64,000 bases of DNA from the human T2T-CHM13v2.0 reference genome, Homo sapiens. The position numbers and the translations under genes are program-made. The stretch's first letter is position 1; every line of letters begins with the position of its first letter. The stretch lies in NCBI RefSeq assembly GCF_009914755.1, contig NC_060925.1. One strand, written 5' to 3'. The notes below the pieces were generated by a model that did no database searches, had not been told where the DNA came from, and worked only from the letters and a program-made list of their open reading frames with translations. Shown piece after piece: positions 42,670 to 52,853 of the stretch.

Positions 42670-42910
42670 TAATGCTTATATAGTGCTTACTATACACTAA
42701 GCCCTGTTCTAAGGATTTTAGTGCTCATTAAGTCCTCACAACTCTGCAAAGTAGATACTACTATAAACTTATTTTGTAGCCAAAGAAACTTAAGCACAGA
42801 GAGGTTAAGTGCCTTGACTGAGATCACACAGCTACTGGAGAGGCAGAGCTAGGGTTTGAAACCAGATAGTCTAGCTCCAGAGGCCATGACTTAAGCCACT
42901 ACATTTTACT
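42670..42910 (-). mobile_element. MIR
   Basis: AAACTTAAGCACAGAGAGGTTAAGTGCCTTGACTGAGATCACACAGCTA..GGGTTTGAAACCAG. Confidence 0.82.
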
Positions 42911-43671
42911 GCCTCCTGTATGAATAATTGAGAGGCTTCTTGAAAAGGACCCTGTGTATCTACTGGCCTCTCAGGTGAACTGGGAGAAGGCTGAAAATAT
43001 AGGTTGGCAGGGATGCCTGGAGGGAGGAGAGAGCGCCTATCATCCAATGGTCCATCTGCAGTCCTGAGCTAGCCCCATCCTGGAAGGCTGGTATCACTCC
43101 CTCTAGAAGGACGAGGCAGGTACTGGCAAGCACCTGGTCCCGCTCCGTTTCCTGAGCATTTTATTTTCCTGTCCTCTGTGGCATGACTCTCATAAAACTA
43201 TTCATTTCTTAATTCTGATGGCAGAAAAGAATTTAATCAAATTGCTTCAATATGACGACAGCCTCCCGCTAAGCCAGCTGCCTCCCGAGGGTCATTGGGA
43301 GACAACGCCCTGTTAATATTTAGCTCCAACAGCAAACATTATGGCTTTCAATTTAGAAGATTATGCTTCTGGTTAGTTATGTATCATATGTGCGCGCGCG
43401 CTCTCGCTGGGTGGCTCATCTCATCAGTGCGGGAGCATTTTGCCAGGGTTATAAAAAATGCCATTTTCTCTGCGAGCCCTTTCCACTCAGTGATCCAGTG
43501 AAGTAACATCGGGATCAAAACCGTGTTCTGAAAAATAATTGATCTATTTCAGCAGCTCACAGGCCTGCATTCCAGCCGCCCAAAGGAGCCATTTTCGGGC
43601 GAAGCCAGGGGCCCACGTGGGAGGGAGCTCCAGGAGAGATCAGTCTCTGCTGGCGTGGAGGGGGCGGGGAG

Positions 43672-43692
43672 GGGGCTGTCCGTGGTGCTGAA
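43672..43692 (-). promoter_or_regulatory. RE1/NRSE, REST (NRSF) binding site
   Basis: The reverse complement TTCAGCACCACGGACAGCCCC matches the canonical TTCAGCACCACGGACAGCGCC at 20/21 positions, with canonical spacing. Confidence 0.9.
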
Positions 43693-43945
43693 CCCAAGCT
43701 ATCCTAGGATTGCCAGGCAGTACGAATGAACGCTGGTTAATGGAACTGGCTGACTGTGTGGGGAGCTGTGGAGCTGTGCCTGTTCTAGGGTCTTGGATCA
43801 TTACATTTTCCTTCTTTCCAGAGCTCCCAATCCTCTCTCTAGTTCTGGGTCCGCTTCTTCAAGTGCTTTCTCCCGTTCTTGCCCTGTCTGTCATCTGCTT
43901 TCGTCGTGAGGGGCTCATTCCTACCAGCCCCTTCATGGGTTTCTC

Positions 43946-43991
43946 TGTTGTTGTTGCTGTTGTTGCTGTTGCTGTTGTTGTTGTTGTTGTT
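43946..43991 (+). repeat. (GTT)n/(GCT) trinucleotide microsatellite
   Basis: TGTTGTTGTTGCTGTTGTTGCTGTTGCTGTTGTTGTTGTTGTTGTT. Confidence 0.9.
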
Positions 43992-44079
43992 CTTTTCTTT
44001 TTTATTTGAACTTATCCTCAGGATGGCACAGAGGCTCTAGTGGGTCTGAGAAGCTCAGTATTTAGGAAACACAGACCCT

Positions 44080-44840
44080 ACTCTGCTCCCTTTTTTCACT
44101 CTTCCTCTCACTCAATTTCTCTCTATTGAATCATCAGGTCCACCGCCCCCCCTCCCCCGCTCCCCCGCCCTTGCTCCTCCCCTCCCCTCCCTCTCTACAT
44201 CCCTTTCCTTCTTTCCTTGGCTCTTCCTTCCCTACCGCCTCCTTTCTCCTTGGCACTCTCTCAATCTCTCTTTCTTTCCCTTCTTCCTCTCTCTTCTCCC
44301 CTCTTCCCTCCATAGTACTCACATTTGCACACGCTCCCTCTCTCACCCCTTCCTTCATCTTCTCCCTTCATTTTCTCTTTCTATCCCTCTTCTCTCCCCA
44401 CTTTACTCTCTTCTCCCATGATCTCTAACTTCTTAGGAACCCCTGCCTTGCCTACTTCACCTCTCTTCCTCCCTTCCTGGCTTCCCTCTTCCATCTGTCT
44501 TCCTCATGGTGTCTTTCATTCTTTCCATCTCTTTATCTCTTCATTTCTCCTTCTCTTTTGCCCTCTCTTTTCCTCTCTCCCTATTTGCTCCTTCCTCTAT
44601 TTTCCTCCCTCACTCTCACTGGCTCCCTCCTTCTCTCTCTGCTTTGTCTCATTCTCTCTCTCTCTCTATCTCTCTCTGTCTCTCTCTCCCACCTGCCTCC
44701 CTCTCTCCCTCTTTCCCTACCATCCCCCTCCCTCTCTCCCTCCCTCTCTCTTCATCTCTCTTCCTCTCTCTCTCACTCCCTCCCTGCTCCCATCCTCCTT
44801 CTCTCCATCTCTCCTCCCCCTCCCTCGTCTCTTTCTCTGC
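44080..44840 (+). repeat. CT-rich low-complexity (polypyrimidine) tract, ~760 bp
   Basis: Strongly C/T-dominated on the + strand, with (CT)n and (CCT)n sub-runs. Confidence 0.92.
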
Positions 44841-47239
44841 ACAGAGCTCTCCTCCCTAGAAGCCCCCAGCTGCCTGGTGAATTCATTTCAGCAGCTATTA
44901 GGGATCAGCACCTGCCCCGATACTTGGTGGGGAAGATGAGTTTGAGATAAGATGGGCTGTTTCAATCTCAGCACATCTGTAATTGCATTACCATTAAATT
45001 GCACCATTTTCTAAAGGTGAGAGCCCAGGGCCCTTGTGCCGAGTCTTCTGTAAATCCACTGCCAAGTCCTGCTTGATGTGGAGGCCCCTGGCAGAGGGGA
45101 GAGAAGATCCAGCTTGATTTGACCACCGTATTAATACCCTTTGTCTTCAGGGTCTCTTGTTTTCCATTATATTTCAAAGATAAAAGGACCCCTGGGAATC
45201 ATTATTTCCAACCCTCTCATCTCTCAGAGAAAGAAATGGAAACTCAAAGAAAGAAAGGGAATTGCCCAAGGTCACACAGGCACAAGCCACTAAGTTTGCA
45301 GATGTCCCTCATTCTGCAGCCTTCCTACAATTTAGGACCAGATCAGGAAAAGGTGGGGGAAGGGCAAAAACTGGATCCAGCATTTTTAGTTTCCAGGAGG
45401 GGTGGCCTTAGTCCAATATCCACGGATCTGTCAGATCTAGTGGACAGACACATGGAGCAGAGGATGGCAACATAATAATTTCTTGTGGTATGTCAGGTTT
45501 GGCCAGGGACACAGAGAACAGGATTCGGCCTGGAAGACAGGACAAAGCTGGAAAAGCTGGATGGGAACTGGGCACATGAGAGTTCCAGACAGATGGGCTG
45601 GTATGCTGGGCAGGACTCTATTTCCAGCTAGGACCTGGGCGACACAACCGGGAAACCCATGCAGAAGGCAGCACGTAAACCAAGGCAATAAGACGGGGGC
45701 TGGCAGTGGAGATTGCAGTCCAGGAGTCCACCCAGTCTGTGCCTGTCTGGAGGCTGGTCCAGGCAGGAGCTAGGAAGGATAGAATCTGATAAAATGGAGA
45801 CCAGGATGGGCTAGAGCCTGGAGGCAGAGGAGGCAGGGCACAGACACCACCTGGGGGTAGGTTCAGGGGGAGGATCAAGCACACACTGTGGATTGGACAT
45901 CAGGAAAAGCTCCAGACAAGAGGTTATGAGATAGAGCAGATGTGCCTGAGCAAGGATTAGCATTAGTGCAGAGCACCTACCAGAAGAGAGCCAGAGGCCA
46001 GAGAGGGTATCACCTAGCACAGGGGTCTGTCCCCTGGGGCTCTAAGCTGCCTCACTGATGCTCTGGTTCCTGCTTTGGAAGGAAAATAGCTTCAGGGTCA
46101 AACAAAGCCCAGGATTGTCTTCCACTAGAGGATCATTCTCAGTGCCCACCTATTGGCAGGCAGACTGAGGAAGGGTGGGTCTGGGGCTGGAGGGGAGAGC
46201 AAGGAGATCATCACCACAGTGGCCTCCAAGGGTCTGGGAGCCCAGTGATGCCCACTCTCCAGCCCCAGCACCGACGGCAGTGGGAATCTAAACAGGCAGG
46301 CTGAGGCTGAGCAGATGCACTTCCCCAGCACATCAGCCCCAGCCCCAGGGCTGGGAGACCAGCAAGCAAACAAACAGCCAGCAAATGTGTCCCGGTGCCC
46401 CAGGGTCAGCCTGCCACAGTGGCTACACCTACTTTGGCAAAGCATCTACTTTGAAGCCCATCCTGATGCAGAGAGAGCGTGCAGCACCCGGGGACAAAAT
46501 AGGGAGGTTTAATGATGCGAAATAGCTGCATGTGTAATCTGGGTGCGCTAGGAGGGCTGCTGAGAGCCTCTAAAAGCTTCCTGGGCTGGCCCGCCTCTGA
46601 GGCCGACCCATTATGTTATTTGCTGCTTTGTGACCAGGATGAAACCAGCCCCAGCTGGCTCTGGTTCCATCCATCCACCCTGCTCCTTTCCCCCAATTCC
46701 AGGCACCCATGGGGCCCCCGCCACAGGTCAACAGGCACATGGCGAGCTGCCCCAGCAATTCTTAGATAAGTCAATTAGGATAAATGAGCTTAGTGGTGTA
46801 TGATGCCCTTGCTCCTCTGCGTGCCTTCTGAACTATTAGTTATCCAGAGAAGATTAATTACGGGAGCGTCATGCTAATGCTCTTTTAATGGAAACTATTA
46901 TTTAAGTTTAAGAAGAGCAGGTATCAAATGTAGGTAGGAGTTAGATACCTGTTATGAGCCTCTCAAATCAGGGGCGATGGATGGAGCCAACTTCAGAATG
47001 GACCTGTTGAAACAGATAGAGAGCCAATGACCACTCTGAACCTTGAGGAAAGTTGCAGTGAGTCCTAAAATGTTTTCCTGGAATTGCATGTGTTTGTGGA
47101 ATTAACCTTACAACCTACTTGAGGAGGCTTTCTTATGTTGGTGTAAACAGAGTAGGAAAATGGAGAAGGAGCTATTGAAGGGAAGAGGCTGGTTGGCCTT
47201 AAGTAAGTTAAGAGTGGGGTATAGACAGAAAGAGCTCAT

Positions 47240-47410
47240 TTGATTTGTGGTCATATTAATAGAGGTATAATACCATGAGTAAAGGAGGTGATCATCTTGT
47301 CCTAGACAGTCCAGTTCAGTATAGGAAGTCACATTTCCGAAGTGCATTAACCTGATGGACTACATGAAGTGGACAGTGACTAGAATGATGAGAGGTCTGA
47401 AAACTGAATT
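47240..47410 (+). mobile_element. L3/CR1 LINE fragment
   Basis: INRGIIP*VKEVII at 47255 and VTRMMRGLKT at 47376, both CR1 ORF2 C-terminal motifs. Confidence 0.65.
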
Positions 47411-47497
47411 GTGTGATGGTTGCAGGTAGCTCCTGGGAGAATTCAGCAGGAGATGAGGTTGGGTGTGGCAAAGCTAAGGATCATTTATTCTCTAAAA

Positions 47498-47675
47498 TAG
47501 TGGTTCTCGGCCCTGGCTCCTTCTTAGAATCATCTGGGGAATCTTTAGGAAATACTAATGCCCAGGCCTCCTCCCCCAAAATTTTTATTCCATTGATCTG
47601 GGGTGGACTCAAATATTAATATTTTTAAAGGCCCCCCAGGTGATTCTAATGTGCAGCCAAGGCTGAGAAACACTG
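47498..47675. mobile_element. MER5A-like hAT MITE
   Basis: AGTGGTTCTC..TTAGAATCATCTGGGGA..CCCCAGGTGATTCTAATGTGCAGCCAAGGCTGAGAAACACTG. Confidence 0.85.
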
Positions 47676-49269
47676 CCTAGAGGGATGTCACAGGTAAATG
47701 GGGATGGTGTTTATTTTGTGTGACTATAGAGAACAAAACAAGTAAGGGTGGGTGGAAGCTTTTGTCCTGATATCTTGGAATCCTGTTGCTAGAACCCTGG
47801 TGGACCAGCGGAGGATGGGCATAAAGTGGATCAACAGTGAGCCAAGGGCTGGCTTCTCTGTGGAGGGTATTAGCAATTGAAGCACAGTGCCAAGGGATCG
47901 GACAACCAGAAAGACCCACACAGAGGTGGAAATAATTTGCAAGCAACCTTGTATTTGTTTACTGAATTTTTGTAAAGGAGTCAGCCATGTCCCCAGGATT
48001 CCTGCCCACCGGGAAGTCGGATGGGGTCAGAGGCAGTGAAAGCAGCATCTCTGGGCAGAAACAACACTCAGAGCTGGATGGGCAAGTCAGAGTGTCAGGA
48101 GTCAAGGCAGCCCCAGCTGAACACAGTCAGGACCCCAGCCAGTTGCCAGGTGCCCAGGACGGGCGTGGCCCTACCCCCAGGAAAGAGGAGCCTGGCAAGA
48201 ACTGGGCAGATGTGCTGGGGCCATACCCTCCTGGGCCAATGTTTAGGACTGGGTTGTTGTCCTGGAACATCAGAATCAGAACCAAATGGCCCTCGGACCT
48301 GGAATGGGTGGCCGTATTTGGGGGAGATGTGAATGGGTATTCTCGGAACACCTACTAGAGGCTGGACCCGTGAGGTAGCTTCACACCATCATCTCTTTAT
48401 GCCTAACAATGGCCCTACAAGTCATGGGCAGTTTATAGACACATTCAAAATGAGAAAACTGAGGCTTGATGAGCTCAAAAGACCCTCCCCTGGTCCCTGC
48501 CCGGGTCTGACTGCAAACTCTTTCCATGGGCCTAGGCTAAGGGCCATGCTGCCATGTGGTGGGCTATATGAGCCCAGGACTGAGGCCAGGAACGGCAGGC
48601 ACTCTAATGGAGGAAAAGCTGCACCAACCTCCTGCCTGGCCCCCACCCACCTCAGAGAAACAGAATCTATAGGGTCTTTGGAGCCCCAGAAGGTTGAGGG
48701 GGAGACACAGGATGTCGTGTGACATAGACTAGGCAGGAGCTGTGCACTGTGTGGCACTGGCTTCTCTAATCCAGAGAATCTGAGCAGCCTCATGTCCTCA
48801 TCTCCCAAATGGGAACAGCAGCCCCTGTGATGTCCCCTGCCGTGGGGTGGTGGTGTGTAAGAGGTTTGGAAATATTTCAAATCCCAAGTAGGGCAAAGCC
48901 ACCTTCCTTCCCCATGGGGATAAAGCATGATCCCCTAACACACATACACGCATACACAGATACACAGAAACACAAATATGTGCACACTCAGGGACACAGA
49001 CATGTGAGCATCTTCATTTACACATAATGTACAAGTGGCACTGTGTTTGCTCCTGTTGTCATACTCAAGCCCCTGGTAAAGTGTCATTTAACTATTCCAG
49101 CCCATTCTCAACAAGGCCAGACTTTTCATGTTTGGGCCAGAATAACAAATCAGGAACAGGGTGCCCCTTAACACACGTAGAGGGCACTTGATAGATGTTT
49201 GGTGAAGGAAAGAAAAGAAATCTAATAAACGAATGGGTGATCTTGCACTGTAATTCCATCTTAACAACT

Positions 49270-49440
49270 CACATAAATAGAATGCTTTATAGCTGACAAT
49301 GAGCTTTGATACATTTTCTCTCAAATAATCCTCTGACAGGTATTAGTATTTCCACTTTACAGATGAAGCACCTGAAGTTCAGAGAGGTTAAGTTACTTTC
49401 CCAAAGACACACAGCTAGTAACAGAATAAGAAGTGGTAGA
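49270..49440 (-). mobile_element. MIR
   Basis: CCACTTTACAGATGAAGCACCTGAAGTTCAGAGAGGTTAAGTTACTTTCCCAAAGACACACAGCTAGT. Confidence 0.85.
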
Positions 49441-49554
49441 GCAGATAGCTGGACACACACCTCCAGAGTTACATAAGACCCTAGTTACCCATCCGGAAGA
49501 CCTCTGCTCCCCACCCCCAGAACCTCCCCCATCTTTTTCAATTCCATTACCTTG

Positions 49555-49705
49555 CCTCCTTTTCTCCATAGCTCTATTACTCATATGTTTATCTGTTACA
49601 GTCTGTCTCTCCCACTAGAAAGTAAAATCTAGGAAGACAGGAACTCTATCCCTCTTGTTCACTACCGCATGCCCAGTGCCTAGCAGAATGCCTGGCACAC
49701 AAACG
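49555..49705 (+). mobile_element. L2 3' end
   Basis: GTCTGTCTCTCCCACTAGAAAGTAA...CCCAGTGCCTAGCAGAATGCCTGGCACAC. Confidence 0.8.
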
Positions 49706-50424
49706 TCCCGCTGAGCAGTAATTCATAACTGGCTGAGGGATTGCTAAGGGGGCAGCGGGGACGACGGCAGTGGGGGTAGGTATTCCTAGTGACACCTCCC
49801 ACTCCTCCTTGTTCTCCTTTGCAAAGGTTCAGTAAACAAATGTCAGGTTCATTGCAAATTATTTCTGCCATCTCTCATACAATGGAGTTAACAGCTGGCT
49901 GAGCTACAATATATCAATTGTATAAATTCCGAGGGCATTTTCATGTTTCAATCTCCTTATGTATTTCTAGTTGACCAAACTTGTTCAAATTACCATTAAC
50001 TGCAATCCCATCACCTGGCTCACTGGGCAGGAAGGCAGTGACTTGGGTTTAACTCCTGAAGTGCCATGCATGGGACAGGAAAGTGACCTGGGGCTAGCAA
50101 CGGAGGTGGAGAAGAATCAGCTGTTAAAAGCCAATCAGTTGCTTTAATCTGTAAACCTCATTCTCCATTTTCCATGGGGGCTTCCGTTTGACCACCTTCC
50201 ATCCAACTTCTTTATCTTATCAGATCCTTCTCTCTTGGGACTTTAAGGCCATTTCCTGCTACGTTTCCACCCACACCAATGGCTGATAGAACCCCCTCCT
50301 GAAATACAGTCCCCAGTTCAAATTCAAAGCCCCATAGTAGACAGACACAATGAAGGAGGGGTACTGAGAAAGTGGATTTCTATTTGGACAAAGTTGTAAT
50401 CCAGTGGGAGTCAGGGGAGAAGGG

Positions 50425-50556
50425 GAATGTAAAAGCTCTTTAGGGCTGGGACAAGGACCTGCTCATGCGTCACTCAATCCCTAGTGCCTGGCACAAAGGT
50501 TAGCACATAGCAAGGACTACAGAATATTTATTGAATGAATGAATGAATGAATGAAT
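50425..50556 (+). mobile_element. L2 3' end with (TGAA)n tail
   Basis: TAGTGCCTGGCACAAAG..AATATTTATTGAATGAATGAATGAATGAATGAAT. Confidence 0.8.
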
Positions 50557-51395
50557 ATAATACAAAGACCATGAGTCTTGGGATCAGGTAACTGACCTCA
50601 GTTCCTGCTTCAACTGTTTTGTGATATTGGGCCAGTCACCTAACTGCCCTGAGTCACAGTTTCTGCATCTTTAACATAAGCAGAGCATTCAGAGTGGGAA
50701 GGTGTCACGTGACCCCTCCCCCAATTTTCCAGAGGGAGAAAAAAATCTTGTAACTGTCAGTAACATGCTAGAACTGTCAAAAGCACACAAAAGAACCACG
50801 CCAATTGTGAAACAGAAGTCACAGTTCTGTTTATTTTGCAATGATGTAAACTTCACAATTTTTCCTTACAGATAAAAAATACAAACCTTTCACTGCTATA
50901 TCCAAGAAATCTGTAAACTTCAAACATTGTAGACCTGCCTGTCTAACGTAAATGGAACGCAGACAATGTTAGTGGTGTCCTCATGCGAGTTAGCCCAGCC
51001 TGGGGTGGTGGCTCCCTTCCCTGTGAACAAAGGGGGGTCATTCAGAGAAACACAGCTCACATCATCCAGTTGGAGAAAAGCTTCCTAGAGTAGAAGGCAA
51101 CCAAGTGAACCCAGGGAAATAGGCAGGATTTGACTAGATGGAGATGGAGTTGGGTGGGGTTGTTAATAGTCCGTGACACTCTCATGATGTCAGGCCAATG
51201 GAAACTGAGGCTAGTTGTTGGATTCTGTCCTATCTCAGCCCCAGGCCAGCCTCGCTTTGAGAATAACAACAACATCAGCAATAATAATAGTCCATTTGTT
51301 CAGCATATAGCCCAACTTAGCTTAGGCACCATGCTAGGTACTCACACCTAGTATCTCATTTAATCCCCATGACTTACCCACAAAATAAATATTAT

Positions 51396-51530
51396 TGCAT
51401 TCTGACCTGGCTCCTGATGATCCCGGACCTAGTGACTTGCTTCTAAAGAAAAGAATATGACAAAATTGATGGGATGCCGCTTCCAAGAGTAGGTTATAAA
51501 AGACTGTAACTTCAGTTTTGTTTGCTCTTA

Positions 51531-51561
<31 letters not shown>

Positions 51562-51968
51562 TTCTGTAGGTGTGTATTGTGTGTCTTCCAGTCTGTCTAT
51601 CTGTCTGTCCCTCTGGCTCTTCATGTACTTATTCTGAAGAAACAAGCTGGAGAGGCCCACTTGGTAAGAACTGAGGTCAGCCTCCAGGCAGGAGACTGAG
51701 ACACTTAGTCCAACAGCCCTTGAGGAACTGAATCCTGCCAATAACACGTGCATGAGTTTGGAAGCAGATCCTTCTCCAGTGGAGCCTTCAGATAAGACTA
51801 CAGCCCCAGTGACACCTTGACTGCAGTCCTGTGAGACAGCCTGAGTAGAGGACCCATCCAAGCTGTGCCCAGATTCCTGACTCAGAAACTGTGAGATAAT
51901 CAATGTGTATTGCTTTCAGCTACTAAATTTTGGGGATATTTGTTACTCAGCAATAGGTAACTAAAACA
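51396..51968 (+). mobile_element. MLT1E-like MaLR LTR inserted in a MIR; contains (CT)n at ~51530-51562
   Basis: GAACTGAATCCTGCCAATAAC..GGAAGCAGATCCTTCTCCAGT..CAGCAATAGGTAACTAAAACA. TSD ATTAT on both sides. Confidence 0.85.
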
Positions 51969-52761
51969 ATTATTATTCTCAGTTTGTGAATGAGGAAATC
52001 AAAGCTCAGTGAATTTACTAAGCTTGCCTGGACCACACAGCGAGTAAGTGGAGGAGCCCACATTACAACCAAAGTTCATCTGACTCCAAAGCCCATGTTT
52101 CTATCCACCAAGCACCCTCCCCCTCTCTGGAGCCCAACACTACAGAAGCCAACTGGCCTCCCAATCACAGGCTGTGAGACTCCACCATCAGCACCTTAGC
52201 CTCCTGTCCACAGCCCTCCTGTTCAGGGGCTTGGCTTTATTGGATTTTGAGGCTTCAGTCAGTCCTTGGTGAGAGCCAGTGGAGGCACATAGAGTCCCAT
52301 GACTTCTGGGTCCACCTTGGGTGGACACACTGCCCTTCCTCCTTGCCTGGAGAAGATGGTGGTATACAAGAAACAGTGGCAAAGAAAGAGACAGGGAAGG
52401 AAAATGTGGAGGTCGTTTGTAAAGAGCCTCCCTCCACATTCTCAGACTTTTCCTGGCACCCTCTCTACCCACCTTCCCTACTCCCATCCTCATCAGCAGC
52501 TCCTCAGAGCCTCCAGTGGTCTTAGCCCCATTGCCACCCCACCCACAACACTTTGCTGCAGGTCTGAGTAGGACAGGACCTCCTGTGCCTGGCTCATGGC
52601 TCTTTCCCCAGGACCCAGCACAGGCCTAACCCAGAGCAGCAGGAAGGAGGCATCCTCCAGGGGTCCAGAACCCAAGGAGCTGGAGTCAGCCAGACTGGGT
52701 TCCAACCCCTGCTCCACCATTTGTGCTGTGTGACCTTGAGAAACCTCTTCAGCCTCGGTTT

Positions 52762-52853
52762 TCTCCATCCAAGTACTAACCAGTCCTGACCCTAACTCTT
52801 AGCTTCCAAGATCAGGCAAGATCAGGTACGTGCAGAGTGGTATAATTATAGAC
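52762..52853 (-). pseudogene. 5S rRNA pseudogene (nt ~1-90, 3'-truncated, no poly(A)) inserted in a MIR
   Basis: The reverse complement GTCTATAATTATACCACTCTGCACGTACCTGATCTTGCCTGATCTTGGAAGCTAAG..AGGGTCAGGACTGGTTAGTACTTGGATGGAGA aligns to 5S rRNA GTCTACGGCCATACCACCCTGAACGCGCCCGATCTCGTCTGATCTCGGAAGCTAAGCAGGGTCGGGCCTGGTTAGTACTTGGATGGGAGA. Confidence 0.92.

Noticed and set aside
44126-44950. Leu/Ser/Pro-rich ORFs of 100-204 aa
   Set aside because: Artefact of the CT-rich tract, which lacks stop codons.
52762-52853. Functional 5S rRNA gene
   Set aside because: It lacks the last ~30 nt and the T-run terminator, has many substitutions, and is a solitary copy with a TSD.
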